Positions 42,310-58,276 of a stretch of 64,000 nucleotides of DNA are shown here, in pieces (positions within the stretch are counted from its first letter, which is position 1; the number at the start of each line of letters is the position of its first letter). Under the pieces are notes generated by a model, which did not search any database, was not told the origin of the DNA, and saw only the letters and a list, made by a program, of their open reading frames with translations. The DNA comes from Octopus vulgaris (taxonomy: Eukaryota). A program made the position numbers and the translations under genes. The stretch is taken from positions 146,196,001 through 146,260,000 of the forward strand of contig OX597815.1 of NCBI GenBank assembly GCA_951406725.2, read 5' to 3'.

Positions 42310-42712
42310 ACTTTAGTCGAACGAATCGACTCCGGTACTTTATTTTTTAAGTATGGTAATTCTTCTTTCGTTTCCTTTTTGCTGAACTGTTAAGTTACAA
42401 GGACATAAACACACCAACACCGGTTGTCATGCAGCGGTGAGGGACAAACACAGACACACAAATACTTACACACATACGCACACACACACACACACACACG
42501 CATAAACGCACTCATGCGTACACACGCACACACACGCACACCTGCACATATTTAAGACGGGCTTCTTTCAGTTTTCGTCTACCAGAACCACTGACAGCGC
42601 TTTGTTCAGCCCGAGGGTATAAAAGAAAATTATCCAAGATGCCACGCGATGGGAATGAACCCAGAACGAAGTGCTCGAAAAACAATTTAATTAACACACA
42701 GCCACGCCACGC
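42310..42712 (-). mobile_element. SINE family B copy
   Basis: AAACACACCAACACCGGTTGTC...(CA)n...GACGGGCTTCTTTCAG...GCCACGCGATGGGAATGAACCC. Confidence 0.75.
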
Positions 42713-42734
42713 TTATAAACACACATATACACAT

Positions 42735-42812
<78 letters not shown>

Positions 42813-42817
42813 CTCTG

Positions 42818-42848
<31 letters not shown>

Positions 42849-43304
42849 GTGTGTATGTGTGTGTGTATACGTACATGTGCATGTGCTTGTTTCCGAGCAT
42901 AACTACCTCAAAAATAGCAACCAAGAGTCTGATATGCACAACACCCCCACAAACTAGACTCATTTACTCCAGCACGATCATCATCCAAATATTTGATGCC
43001 ATAAATGGCAGAAATATTTAAATCTACTTCTGCTACTAGCACTAAACTGCTTTTGAATATCAGTGAAACAAAAGACCTACTTGTAGAGATTGAAGTGTAT
43101 ATATAGCTATCAAGTATATATTGAGCATAAAAGTGTTTTGAAGAGATTCATTAGCAAGTGCATTGTAATGTGAGCGGTACTAAGGTCAGAGGCAAACTGC
43201 ATCTATTGGCTCAAGTGACGTCGCTTCCTTGCTTTAAAATCTAGCTAAAAATGGATCTTCATAATATTTGTAACGTATCATTTAGGTTCTGTTAAATACG
43301 AACT

Positions 43305-43450
43305 GTGCTTAGACGTTTGCTTCGAAAACCGACGGTCTCGAGTTCAGTTCCACAGCATGCCACACTGAGCATCTGTCTTCTATTATAGCCCCCGATGGCC
43401 AACGTCTTGTATGTAGATTTGGTACATAGAAATTGAAATAAACCCGTCGC
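43305..43450 (+). mobile_element. SINE family B 5' half, inverted relative to 43485-43925
   Basis: GAGTTCAGTTCCACAGCATGCCACACTGAGCATCTGTCTTCTATTATAGCC...GATTTGGTAC..AAATTGAAA..AACCCGTCG. Confidence 0.7.
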
Positions 43451-43484
43451 ATATATATATATATTTATACATATATATATATAT

Positions 43485-43708
43485 TCTTTTATTGTTTTAC
43501 TTGTTTCACTCATTTGACTGTGGTCATGCTGGAGCACCACCTTTATTCGAGCAAATCGACCCCAGGACTTATTTCTTTGTAAGTCTAGTACTTATCCTAA
43601 GGGTCACATTTGCCGAACTGCTACGTTACGGGGACGTAAACACAGCAGCATCGGCTGTCAAGCGATGTTGGGGGGACAAACACAGACACACAAATACACA
43701 CGCACACA

Positions 43709-43753
<45 letters not shown>

Positions 43754-43925
43754 GCATACATACGACGGGCTCTTTTTAGTTTCCGCCTACCAAATCTACT
43801 CACAAGGATTTGGTCGACCCGAGAATATAGTAGAAGACATTTGCCTAAGGTGCTACTCAGTGGGTCTGAACCCGGAACCATGTGGTTGGTAAGCAACTAC
43901 TTACCAAATGCCACTGTTACGCCTA
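43485..43925 (-). mobile_element. SINE family B (tRNA-like head, CORE-like centre, internal (TA)n/(GT)n, CR1-like 3' tail), full length
   Basis: Minus strand: GGTAAGTAGTTGCTTACCAACCACATGGTTCCGGGTTCAG...CCTTAGGCAAATGTCTTC...microsatellite...GGTGGTGCTCCAGCATGACCACAG...GAAACAAGTAAAA. Confidence 0.85.
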
Positions 43926-45314
43926 TACACATACATACATATATAAACACATACGTACCTACATAGATACATAGATATAGATGCATACATATGTACATAC
44001 ATACTTGCATATATACGCACTTGCTATCATCTCGTGCATACCATGGACAAACAGGTAATTCTTTTTCTCCTCTTTCCAAATTCCTCTTCAACTTATTATT
44101 TAAGATTTATTAAAACCGTGGATCGATTTGAAAATTACTTTCTGCGATATATCCTACACGGTTTACTGTATTTTGCATAATTCTCCATAATCATTCTCTA
44201 ATCCCTACTTATACAAATGTCAAAATCCCTCTTACCATCATGCATGTCCACACAGAAACAAATTTCCGGTTTATCGCAATCACATGTTTCAAGATTATTT
44301 GCCAGGTTCACGTTCTCGTACTTGCTACACTTAACCAGTCTGTCACCTATAGTATAACCTTTTACGTGTATTGCGTTTACACTTAACACCGTTCTCCTAT
44401 TCTTAATTATTGTACCTAAGCAAATAGTGTCAATGGAATTACAAATGAAAGGTATCTTGATGTATTTAGTCTTTCCTTTATTTTCACTTTCCTTGACTGC
44501 TTTAATTAATCTGTAACGAAAATAACCAATTAATTACTTAACGGGTGTTACATCTCTCAGAGAACAAGTCGTTAACAAAACGTTTATAGTATTCTTTTCC
44601 ACATAAAATTTCAAGTTTGCGTCATATCTCAGAAATGTCTATATCCAGCTTGTTGCTGTCATCTAATCTAAAAGCGTGGCTAGGTTTTCTTCCTATTATT
44701 GGCTGAGAAAAAACACGTTGCCTGCACTGTTTTCTTTCAATGTGTTCTTAACCTACCATTCAGAGTAAGTAGATGAATAATACGCAATACTCTAAACCGA
44801 AATGTTTCTTTCATCAAAAGCAATGGCTTAGTGCCTTAATCAGTACCCGCAACCTGATCAATAACTTGCACTCTACACCTTCCAAACCTAGAGCAATGTT
44901 TTGTAAAATGTATATAAATATATTTCAATGGTGGTACCCCAGCATGGCCACAGCTTAATTAAGGCTGATATACGTAACAGAATAACGGAATTCATTTTGA
45001 ACGCCTGTCTATGTCCATTAGACGTTCGTGCAATGTCGGAGTAGTTTGTCCTATATATTGTATACCATGTTTACAACAAGGAATTCGATAAAATGCGTTA
45101 CGAGACCTGCAATGAAACGCTACATCATTGTCAATAATAAACTTTTCTCCAGTTATATTACTAACAAATATTTTATTATTTACTCAAACATCATAAGACA
45201 GACAATTACGTAATCTACATTTAGTAATAACATTGTTACACTCAACGTGACCATTTTTCTTTGCTATAATACATACATATATACATACACACATGCATAC
45301 ACACAGGTATACAC

Positions 45315-45372
<58 letters not shown>

Positions 45373-46136
45373 ATACGTATATGTAATAAACATGTGGGTA
45401 TATGCAATGGATTTCTGTCATTCAACGATGTAACATTAGCTGTTCGACCTACTGTATTATCTCCTCCTAAATTAACGTGAAAGTTGTTAAGTATTCAAAA
45501 GACATGTTTACATTTACCGGAATTCTGAGGTAGAGTTAGCGTGATATAGCGTGTACCAAGGCAGTAACTTTTCTGAATAAGTGTGCAATCAATGTGTCGG
45601 GCTTCTATACAGTTTGTATTCACCGAATTCCACTCACAAGTAATGAGTTATCTTAAGGCTATGGAAAAGGGTCAACATGCCATGCAGTGAATTCGAGCCA
45701 CTTTTCATGATTGCAAAGCCACCACCATCATAATTCAGATTTACTGCCCTATTGATACGTACACCAATTCTGTTAGCCATTGTACGAAGAAAAATTAAAT
45801 AGGCAGTACGACTTGAATTGCACAAATTTTCATGAAGTCCGTTTATGATAATACATTGCAACTGAAGGTTTCGTGCATATTTGTTTAATGTTAAACCACC
45901 AGATGACGATATAATTCAATGAATGTCGAACGTATATTAATGGTATATGTGCTCATGGATTATAGAAGTTCCGATTTGGAATTTCATCCAGTTCTAGCAT
46001 AGATCATTAAAATATTAGTGGTAAAATTACAGTTGACAATCCTTTCGAGTTCGATAAATAAAAAAAATGTATATACAATACTGTAACAACAGTGTCATCA
46101 TTCTGGGTTTATTTTACCTTCACAAAAACATTTAAA

Positions 46137-46350
46137 ACGTGGTGAGCTGGTAGAATCGTTGGTACGGTTGGCGAAATTCATAGAAACATTTCGTTTGTCT
46201 TTACGTTTTGACTTCAAATTACCTCGGGATTGAGTTTGCCTTTCATCTTTTCGGGGTCGATAAAGTAAGCACCACTGGGGTCAATTTAATCTACTTAGCC
46301 CTTCCCCACAAAAAGTTCCGACCTTGTGCTATAATATGAAACCAATATTA
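46137..46350 (+). mobile_element. SINE family A copy (older)
   Basis: GGTGAGCTGGTAGAATCGTT...TTTGCCTTTCATCTTTTCGGGGTCGATAAAGTAAG. Confidence 0.75.
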
Positions 46351-46995
46351 CAGATGACTTATTTCTCTTGTGAAAAAGATTAAAAAAAAAAAAATTACCT
46401 CTTCATCTACATTTTCATAGAGCAGAATGTTTAAATAGTTAAAAATTCAACAAAAATTCTCACACGATGCTGACTTCCCATGTCTCAGCTATAATCCATT
46501 CTGTCTAATTCTGATCTCTAATATAAAACTTAACTGGCTTTCTTCCCATCGGTATTTACGGCTACTTGTATTTCTGTTACCCCGTTTTCTTAGATTCTTG
46601 ACTCATAAGACGCGTTTGAATAGAGTTTTCTTTTTTACCGATGTGAATATTTATCAAAGATATCTAGTTTTTATATTTTTAACTATGACAAACACCAAGG
46701 CTTTATATTTGTAACTATACAAAAGCTTACAATCATTAAAACCCCATTAAGAAATACTAAGTTATGCATCTGAAAATGTTTCAACAGATAATACAATATA
46801 ATAAATTACATACAGGGAAAATTTAGCTAAGACAGTATGATTTTATAGTCTAATATATTGGTCAAGAATGAAACTATGTGCACACAAATGCACACATACA
46901 CAAACCTATACATTCCCGTACATACATACACATAAATACACACATACATACACATATAAATAACTAAATATTTATACCTACATACATTTATGTAA

Positions 46996-47033
<38 letters not shown>

Positions 47034-47100
47034 GCACAAACACACATATATATATACATATATATACATACATAAACACATGTATATATGCATATACATA

Positions 47101-47137
<37 letters not shown>

Positions 47138-47344
47138 CACACAGCTTATCTAATCACGCTCTGTTAAACTTTCAATTCATAATGGAGAAGCACTGGGATT
47201 TTATTCCTCTCATATCCCTTTATTTGAATAGCTGAAAACATATTTTAAACTTCAAGATACATTTGCTTACAAATCTAATCAATAAGAAATTTAAGCTCGC
47301 TTCATGGTATGTTGACAACTCGCTTATATGTATGTATGTGTGTA

Positions 47345-49500
<2,156 letters not shown>

Positions 49501-49927
49501 TGCATAGTCTGTTTCTCAACCAGACAGTAGCTCTTAAAACTCTTTAGATAAATATATATTTTTATCGATTTAAAAAACGTAATTTTACTTTCACTCTACT
49601 TTAGTCTTCAAACATGGATATATTTGCTTTGCATATTTCTATTTTAAAATATAAATGCAACCATGTTTCAACGACAGCACGTATAGCTTATCTTTCATCT
49701 TTTTCTTGTTTCAGTTACTGGACCACAGCCCTGCTGGGGCAACACTTTGAAACGTGTAGTCGAACAAATCGACGTTAGCATTTATGTTTCAACGTTTGGA
49801 TCTTAGTCTGTAGGTTTCTTTTAGCTAGCCATTATGGTACGGGAACGTAAATGAGCCAACACCGATGAAAATTCAATATTGAATTTATCAGGTGCTTGTG
49901 ATATATATGCATACGTATATACATTCA

Positions 49928-50002
<75 letters not shown>

Positions 50003-50219
50003 TTTTGTCTATCTGTCTACGTATGTGTTTGTGTGTATAAATGCATACATGTACGTGTGTATGTATGAAAATGCGTGAATGTGTGTGCAAGTGATATTAT
50101 AAGGCATAGCTATTCCTGAGACCAACTAGACGATTCAAATGAGACAAAGTGTTCTACTCTCGTCATATCATCCGGGAATGTAGGAAAAATCATTTGTAGA
50201 TAATGCCTTGAGTATGAAA

Positions 50220-50690
50220 TGTTCTTCACATCGATAAATTATATTTGGAAATGTATCTTATTCAGCAGAGACATTCTATATTCCAGTGATGCAACACTGC
50301 CAACACAGTCGTATTAGCAACTGCCATTTCTCACGGATTTTCAGAAGAGCCTCATGAAACTTTTCTTTGACCGTCGACCTGAAGAAGACAGAAGGGATGT
50401 TTCAAGTTGTTGAGCACTTCTCTGTCACTGCTATCGACAGCTATGAACTAGAGGTAGTCCATAAGCTTACATCCTTGATTCTACCATCACGGATAAACCT
50501 GCACTAAAGTCTGACATAAGGTATGTTGGAAGGAAAACATAAACACTAAGTTAAAAACGAAGTCTGAGAGAGAAATAAACCAACAGCACGCATAAATGTT
50601 GCGATCTAAAGTGCTGACGTCGGCACCAGAATGTTGAGATGACAGTGAAACCTGATGCAGAAGCTGCTCCAGACAAGAGTGGTAATTCAC
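50220..50690 (+). mobile_element. RTE-clade LINE RT relic
   Basis: RDILYSSDATL...TVDLKKTEGMFQ...IDSYELEVVHKLT(frameshift)LDSTITDK resembles RTE 'LYADDAAL...LTISLKKT.VM.Q...LEVV..FTYLGSTI'. Confidence 0.6.
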
Positions 50691-51291
50691 TGCCTACTGT
50701 CCACTCTACTGATTTTTTCTACGAGAAGAGTTAACACATAAATATTAACCCAGAGACTTGATTAGTAGTAATACGTTTTATAGATTCCCAGATTTAATCT
50801 CAGAATGTAGATCGGTATAACTTTGAAACTAATACCGTAGCAGAGGCGTATGTACAATCTTCCAACGTTTTTGACAATAATAGAAAATGCTCGCGACAGA
50901 AATAATTTTTCTACATTAACTTGAGCAAATTTTCGAACGTGATACTCGGAGAGAAATCTACACCTGACAAGATATATAACATAAATAGACTAATTTATAA
51001 AACATACTATCAAACCCAGAAATAAACTTCATAAAATGACTAAATTTAATAAAAAAATATTTTAAACATGTCTTATGAATTACCTTTAATCTGCTTTAAA
51101 AGCAAATCTACCCGGAACAGCAGACAAAACGAAAAACCAATTTACAAAATACTGAAAATGGAAATGTAATACGAATGTCAAATATCTTATCTAGAAATAT
51201 ATTGAAGTGCTTTCTGAAATTACACTATAATCATTACATATGCCATACCGGTATATATACATACATACATAGTTATATGCATGCATATATA

Positions 51292-51350
<59 letters not shown>

Positions 51351-51388
51351 GCGTGTGTTCTTGAGTGTACGTATGCATATATATTGAT

Positions 51389-51435
<47 letters not shown>

Positions 51436-51438
51436 TAT

Positions 51439-51475
<37 letters not shown>

Positions 51476-51554
51476 GTTTGTGTGTGTGTACGCGCAGGTA
51501 TGGAAACACAGAAATACTCACGCACATACATACATACACACATACATATATATG

Positions 51555-51595
<41 letters not shown>

Positions 51596-51719
51596 ATAGC
51601 GTCACACTTTCTACCACATATCTCTATCATGGATGCCATTAACTGAATGTCAGAAGTATCAATATTTACGTATTTAAACAAATAAAAATAAAGAATCACA
51701 CGTGCTTATGAATTCCCAG

Positions 51720-52075
51720 GTGCAGGGGTGTCTGTGTGGTAAGAAGCTTTGTTCCAAAACATATGGTTTCCGGTTCAGTCCCACTACATGGCACCTTGGG
51801 CGAGTGCTTTCAGCTATATATACATATACGACGGGCTTCTGTATATATCTGCGTATGTGTGTGTATGTATGTGTGTGTATGTGTGTGCTACCTTTCTTCG
51901 TTCCTGTGTATGTCCACAAACAACCGCTGTTGGTGTGTTTACGTACGTGTAACCAAGCATTTCGGCAAAAATGCCTAGAGAATAAGTATGAAGCTTACAA
52001 AATAAGTAATGAGGTCGATTTGTGTGTTGCCCTAGCATGGTCACAATCTAATAACTTAAATAAAAATGTTTGAAA
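51720..52075 (+). mobile_element. SINE family B copy, internally deleted
   Basis: GTGGTAAGAAGC...GGTTCAGTCCCACTACATGGCACCTTGGGCGAGTG head, ACAACCGCTGTTGGTGTGTTTACGT 3' module. Confidence 0.7.
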
Positions 52076-52599
52076 TAATATAAAGATGTATGTGTGTGTA
52101 TATATAAGTACATATATATATATATATAAGTACATTTTATGTAAATAAGTATAATTTATGTATAGACGTAAGTATGTTTGTACATGTACATAATGATACG
52201 AATGTGCATATATACATTATGTATATCAATGTTATGTAAATACTTGTGTGCGTCGATATATGTATGTGTTTATATATATATATATATATCAATACAGGTA
52301 TACCTATGCATATATGTATATACATACATGCATAAAATAAAGGTGACCATGTGTGTGGGTGTAGCAATAGTAATAACACTCCCCCCCCATAATTTTGTGT
52401 TGTGTATGGGAAAATATATATAAGTTATGAGAATTTGGAAAGAGAAAAGATAGAAAATATTTAAAAGTGTAAGCCTTAATTTCAGGATATCAATGACGCC
52501 GGCAAAAAAGAATAAAATGAAAATAAACTTCGTCGTCCTAAATTCATACTAATATTTCATTCTCACGACAAAGTGTAGCGCTGCTGCTGTTAATTATAT

Positions 52600-52765
52600 A
52601 TACGACGGTCTACTTCCAATTTCCCTCTACCAAGTCCACTGTCAAGGCCTTGGTCGGCCCGAGGCTATAGTTGAAGAAACTTGCCGAAGGTGCCACGCAG
52701 TGGGACTGAACCCGGAACCAAGTGGTTGACACGCAAGCTTCTTACCTCACAGCCACTCCTGTGTC
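52600..52765 (-). mobile_element. SINE family B 5' half
   Basis: AAGGTGCCACGCAGTGGGACTGAACCCGGAACC...AAGCTTCTTACC. Confidence 0.75.
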
Positions 52766-54639
52766 TATTATTATTATTATTCAGTAGTTTTATTTTTATT
52801 TTTATAGCGTGCTTTCACTTCACTACCGAGCGCAGCTCTGGGTGCCTTGGGTATGTGCTGTGATTTGTTGTGATGCTCTGATGGTTATTGTATGGAAAGT
52901 GTTCTGCGTAGGATGTGTGCAGTGCCTAGTAGTGCAATTTTCTGTATGTTATATGTGTTTGTAAGTCCTGGTGTTTTTGTTATGTATTTGTCTGAATATT
53001 TTTTTATCATGCCTAATGCACCTACTATGATAGGAATTGTTTCTGTTTTCAGATTCCACATTCTAGTTACCTCTATTTCCAGGTCTTTGTATTTTGAGAG
53101 TTTCTCCATTTCTTTTAGAGACACTTTGTCATCTGCCGGTACTGATACATCAATTAGAAAGCATTTTTTTCTTCATGGTCTCTGACAACTATATCTGGTC
53201 TGTTGGCCTTAATTTCTCTATCTGTGTGTATCGGCATATCCCAGAGTATGGTTGCTTTCTCGTTTTCTGTGACCTTTTCTGGTGTGTGCCTATACCATCT
53301 TTTTTCTGTTGTTATTCCATAATGTTGGCATAGCTTCCAATGTATGTAAGTTCCAACTCTGTCATGTCTGTGAATATATTCCTTCTTAGCCAGGACTGGG
53401 CAGCTAGAGATAATATGATTTATTGTTTCTTGTCCATCTCCACATATTCTGCAGTTACTTGTAATATTTCTTTTCATTACATGTCTTTGGTAATTTCTGG
53501 TGGGGAGGCTTTGGTCTTGTGCTGCAATTAAAAATCCCTCTGTTTCTGCTTTGAGTCCTGAGCTTCTCAACCATTGCTGGGATTTTTCTTTGTCTATTTC
53601 TTTTGCGTTTAGTTTAGTCCAGTATTTACCATGAAGGGGCTTTTCTTGCCATCGTTTTATCATGGTTCGTTGCTGTTCTATTTTTAGTTTGGATTTCATT
53701 TTTTTTAAAGCTTTTGTTGTTTCTTCATCTTCTTCTTCTTCTTCATGTTTATTAGGTGGTATGATTTCTTGTTTGTATTTGTCAGCTTCCTTAAATACTG
53801 AGAACAGTTTTTTGTTTTGCTCGTGTTTTGCCGCTATCTGGATCAGTTTTCCTTCCTTCTGAAGTAGATATTTTTGCAGTCCTATGGTGGTTATTTTATA
53901 GTAGTTTTCCAGCTGTATAAGGCCTCTACCACCTTCTATACGTTGTATATATAGTCTTTCTATGTCAGATTTTGGGTGATGCATCCTAGATCCTGTCATT
54001 ATTTTTCTTGTTTTCCTGTCTATTTTGGTCAGTTCATTTCGTGTCCAGTTAAGGATATTGTAGCTGTAACTTATAACTGGGACAGCTAAAGTGTTGATAC
54101 CTATTATCTTGTTTTTAGCATTGAGCTCTGTGTTTAGTATTGATCTAACTCGTCTATAATATTCTTTTTTTATTTTCTCTTTCATTTGTGTGTGTTGTGT
54201 CTTATCTAGTTCATGGATTCCTAAGTATTTGTAAGTTTGGCTTTGGTCTAATTCTTTTATTTCATTTGCTTCATCTAGTGTGATGTTGTTACTCTTAACT
54301 AGTTTTCCTCTTTTCATGGTTACTTTGGCGCATTTTTCTAATCCAAATTTCATATCTATTTCTTTGGTAAATCCATGAACTGTCTTTAATAGTGTTTCCA
54401 GCTGTTTGTCATTTGCAGCGTATAGTTTTAGGTCATCCATATATAAAAGGTGGCTGATCGTTTTGCCGTAACATTTATATCCGCATCCAGTTCTATTTAG
54501 CATATCAGATAGAGGTGACAGTGCCAAGCAGAAAAGGAGTGGAGAGAGCGTATCTCCCTGGAATATTCCTCTTCTAATGGGGATGTCTTTGGTTTTCATG
54601 AGTCCCTCTTTTGTTTGGAGGTGTAGGACTGTTTGCCAC

Positions 54640-54640
<1 letters not shown>
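52766..54640 (-). mobile_element. 5'-truncated R4/Dong-clade non-LTR retrotransposon (RT C-half, CCHC finger, restriction-like endonuclease)
   Basis: RT motifs RGIFQGDTLSPLLF and LYMDDLKL. Zinc knuckle CRICGDGQETINHIISSC, RHD motif, and RPDIVV...IDVSVP...EKLSKY endonuclease. Stop at 52885, ~100-nt 3' UTR and (AAT)n tail. (TTA)n on both flanks. One frameshift in an A-run at ~53164-53170. Confidence 0.92.
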
Positions 54641-54709
<69 letters not shown>

Positions 54710-54814
54710 TATTATTGTTATTGAAAATTTTCATTCTCTTGGTGTCATTCTGTTTCTAATTTATTATGTTGAAGCTACGTATCTACAGTATTGTGGCACT
54801 TGTCATAGAAAAAA

Positions 54815-55565
54815 CTGGCAGATTCCGAGCAGGAGTATTCATGACAACCTCCATGGGATACGATACATCATAGACAGAGTAGTTAAGGAACCTGAAATTA
54901 GTGGGGCGCTTATTAATTTGGATCAATCGAAAGCTTTTGATGGGGTCGACCATCGATACTTAGAGACTATCCTTAGAGCGGCTGATTTCGGTCCCGTCTT
55001 TCCCGGTTGGATCGCTGCCTTATACAGCGGCATCGTGTAAATGGTCATCTGTCCAGACCAATTAACATCACGCGTTCCGTCCGTCAAGGATGCCTCCTCG
55101 CGTCGCTTCTGTACGTATTGACCCTAGAGCCACTACTGCGGGCGCTGGCGACGCTGAAGGGCTCCTGCCAGAACTGGGATGCGGCAGACCCGTGTCTGTA
55201 TACACGGACAACGTCACCGTCATAGTATCGAGCAACAGGCATATCGACCGGGTCAGCGATACACTAAAAGAATACGAAGCAGTAACGGGAGGGAAAAATA
55301 ACCGGTAAAATTCAGTGAGTTTGCGGCCCAGCACCTGGAGAAGCAAGCCCATGCCGCCCAACAGCGTCTCCATTGTGGGATGCTGGACCGACGGACCGGT
55401 GAAACTGCTCGGTGTCTGGTTCGGTCCGGACCGCCAAATAGAGTTAAATTGACCGGAATTTTTTCCTCCTTTTTTCTATTTTCTTATTTTTTCTTTCGAA
55501 AAGAAAAGCTCTACATTGTATTTTGCCCCCTCTGTGTTCGGCTCTCTTTGGCTAATAGAGATATC
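54815..55565 (+). mobile_element. Degenerate L1/Tx1-clade RT fragment
   Basis: IPSRSIHDNL...LINLDQSKAFDGVDH...VNGHLSRPINITRSVRQGCLLASLLY...YTDNV...KLLGVWFG, spread over several frames. Confidence 0.85.
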
Positions 55566-55588
55566 TACAGTATTTTTAAGGCATTCAA

Positions 55589-55820
55589 GGCGGCGAACTG
55601 GCAGAATCGTTAGCATGCCGGTCGAAATGCTTAGCGGCATTTCGTCTGCCGCTACGTTCTGAGTTCAAATTCCGCCGAGGTCGACTTTGCCCTTCATCCT
55701 TTCGGGGTCGATAAATTAAGTACCAGTTACGCACTGGTGTCGATGTAATCGACTTAATACATATGTCTGTCCTTGTTTGTCCCCTCTGTGTTTAGCCCCT
55801 TGTGGGTAGTAAATAAATAA
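55589..55820 (+). mobile_element. SINE family A (tRNA-like head, conserved CCTTTCATCCTTTCGGGGTCGATAAA central domain), near full length
   Basis: A-box-like TGGCAGAATCG, B-box-like GAGTTCAAATTCC, central domain and A-rich tail. Many related copies in the window. Confidence 0.85.
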
Positions 55821-55824
55821 GTAT

Positions 55825-56600
55825 TTTTAAGGCATTCATAGATTTAAATCTGTCAGCTGGAGCATTCAGTTCAATTCTTAACACCATAAGCACTCTCCAA
55901 TAGTTCTTTCTCCAGACCCTGTCATTCACAGCTGAGTGATGTATGCAGTATCCTCCGTTCACTTACAGGTATCTGTATGTGCCATCTTTATTGATATTTC
56001 TAATCACGGTGTAAGTATCAAAGTTTATAATTGCAGTCTTGGAAAGTTTTCCACTCTTATAGTTATCTTTAATACACTTAATGATGTTAGGGCTGATGAT
56101 TTTGATGATGTTAAGTTGACTCTTCTGTCAGTTGTGGCCCTTGACAACCGTCATCTGCTCGTCAGTGTAGTAAAAGGTGGTTTGCTTTAGCATCCTATGA
56201 GTTAGATACATGGCTATTGCTGTATTGTGGTTTGCCATGTAGTGGTGCTGGTGCAAATGTAGAGGAGTAGAGTTAGTAGTTTGTTCTCTTGGAAGATACC
56301 ACTTCTTAAGTTCTTTTGTCTTGGTAGAAAATTCAGTGTATCTTTTCAGATTTTCACGCTCTTTGTGAGAAATATGCCACTTGTTGGGCAAACCATGTAG
56401 ATCTTGAGGCTCTCCCTTACCCACAAGTGCGGCTTCCTGTAAAATACCTTCTTGTATTCGATCCCTGCTGTTTATAGATTCATAATCATTGATTTGATTT
56501 CTCGTCATATTGACTTTATTGATGGGTAGCCGGTTCTCGCATCTGTAGCTTCCTTTCTTATACTCCTCCCGGTAACAAACCAGTTTTGTCGAGGATGATG
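55825..56600 (-). mobile_element. Old R4/Dong-clade relic
   Basis: Translation KLSKTAIINFDTYTVIRNINKDGTYRYL...YWRVLMVLRIELNA aligns by eye to KLVKSNNITLDEANEIKELDQSQTYKYL...YRRVRSILNTELNA of the 53-54-kb ORF. The upstream part has a DEQ..KG...QL RT-like segment. Confidence 0.65.
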
Positions 56601-58276
56601 TTGCTGTTGTTGATAGTGCTAAAACAGAATAAAAATGCAAAAAGAAAACAACCTGCGTATTGAAGGAGCACTTGTGTGATTATACGCTGTGTTATAGTTA
56701 TATTTCACTACGTGTAGTATAGTAATATAGTTATAATTATTATCACGCTCTGAATCATCAGTTATTGTTGGAAATGATTATACTGCAGTTATTTTGTCAA
56801 GAAATAGGAGGAGAGCTTAATTATAACAAACAGAAGAGAAAATTGTTAATTGCTATTTGCTTGTGCCTGAAAGGCAAAAATTGATTTCCGCATGGCTATG
56901 ATTCCCATAACGATTGTGATAGCTAACTTTCTCCTGTGGAGCAGAGCAAACAAAAATACAAATAGTAAAGGTATGCAGAGTACTTGTTCAAATATATTCC
57001 AGCATTACCAGAAACAATGGCTGTAATACTAAATGAACAATAATGAACAACACTAAGAACAAAGCTGTTAATCACAATAGGGACACATGAGATAATGATT
57101 AAAACGACCAGAGTGACAGCGGGGTGTGTTGTCATACTGGAAAAATAAACATGGAAATTTACAGCAGTAATGAAAATGAGAATGCTAGATAACAACAAAA
57201 ATACATTATTTACACAAGCCGTATGTGCACGCACGCATGTGATTTGCAATATGATGAATGACAAATGTAAAACTATCAGTAAGAAATATTAGTCTTTAGA
57301 GGAGAGAATTATGAGAACAAATACAGAAAGAGACATTAAAATTTAGATGCAACTTCTACAAGACAAAACTAAGTTGAAAATTCGTTGAAAAATACATCGA
57401 GTATAGAATTCAAGAATATATGACGCTAAAGAATTACGTTACGAAGAAGTCTCTCTTTGTTGTAGAATATTTTATTTGTCATTTAGGGAAAGAGGTCAAG
57501 ATAAAAGCTCTCTTCATACGAGAGTCGAGAATTTCAGACCGAATATCAACTTGAAAATCTTTGCTCTCCCTTTGTAAAACTAATGTCAGTAAACGTAAAC
57601 AGACGGATAAATATATTTTTTTCACTCAACTGTTTTTTTGTTAAATGGTATCTCGAATCAACTTTTGTACTACTACTGTTACACGTCAACTTTCGAATAG
57701 AATTAGTCATAAAAAACGTTCATCATGATCTGCTTTTTGTTGTTTTGATTTTCGTCTTCCTTCGCAATATAACATAATGCTTGCATGGCAGAAGAAAGAA
57801 ATATATTGATTTTTATATTGTGCGAAATTTAGGTAGAAAATTTCTTGATATTTTTTCTTTTACTACTTCATAGATACCCCAGTCTACACTTGCAAGGATT
57901 TATTCAATTCCGTTTATTCAAATTTATTCATATATCAATTGTCAAATGATGCCCCTTTTTTATGAATCAATAAAACGTCAAAGAGAAACCAATAAACATT
58001 TCGTGCTATAAAGTTAGGAAGTAAAACATGGATTTATCGACTCTACACAACAATAACTCCAATATTGATTCTCTAATATTTCGGATAAATAATAACTATT
58101 CTTAAACAATACGATTCTAATGTTATTACATAAGAGAATTTCTTTTCTTAGAAGTAATTCTGTCATTTCAATGATGGTAAGTGTGCTAGGCAAGTTGTTA
58201 AATTAGAATTACTTCTAATGGAAATCTGAAAACAAATTTAACGTTAATTGGAAGAGATTAAAAATTGATTACTTAC

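Noticed and set aside
50379-50410. CTGAAGAAGAC as a hammerhead core
   Set aside because: No GAAA box or stems. It encodes LKKT of the RTE relic.
56128-56640. 170-aa ORF with a good acceptor-like site at 56619, as candidate exon 2 of the receptor
   Set aside because: The phase-0 frame stops after 37 codons, there is no glutamate receptor similarity, and the region continues into a recognisable R4/Dong relic.
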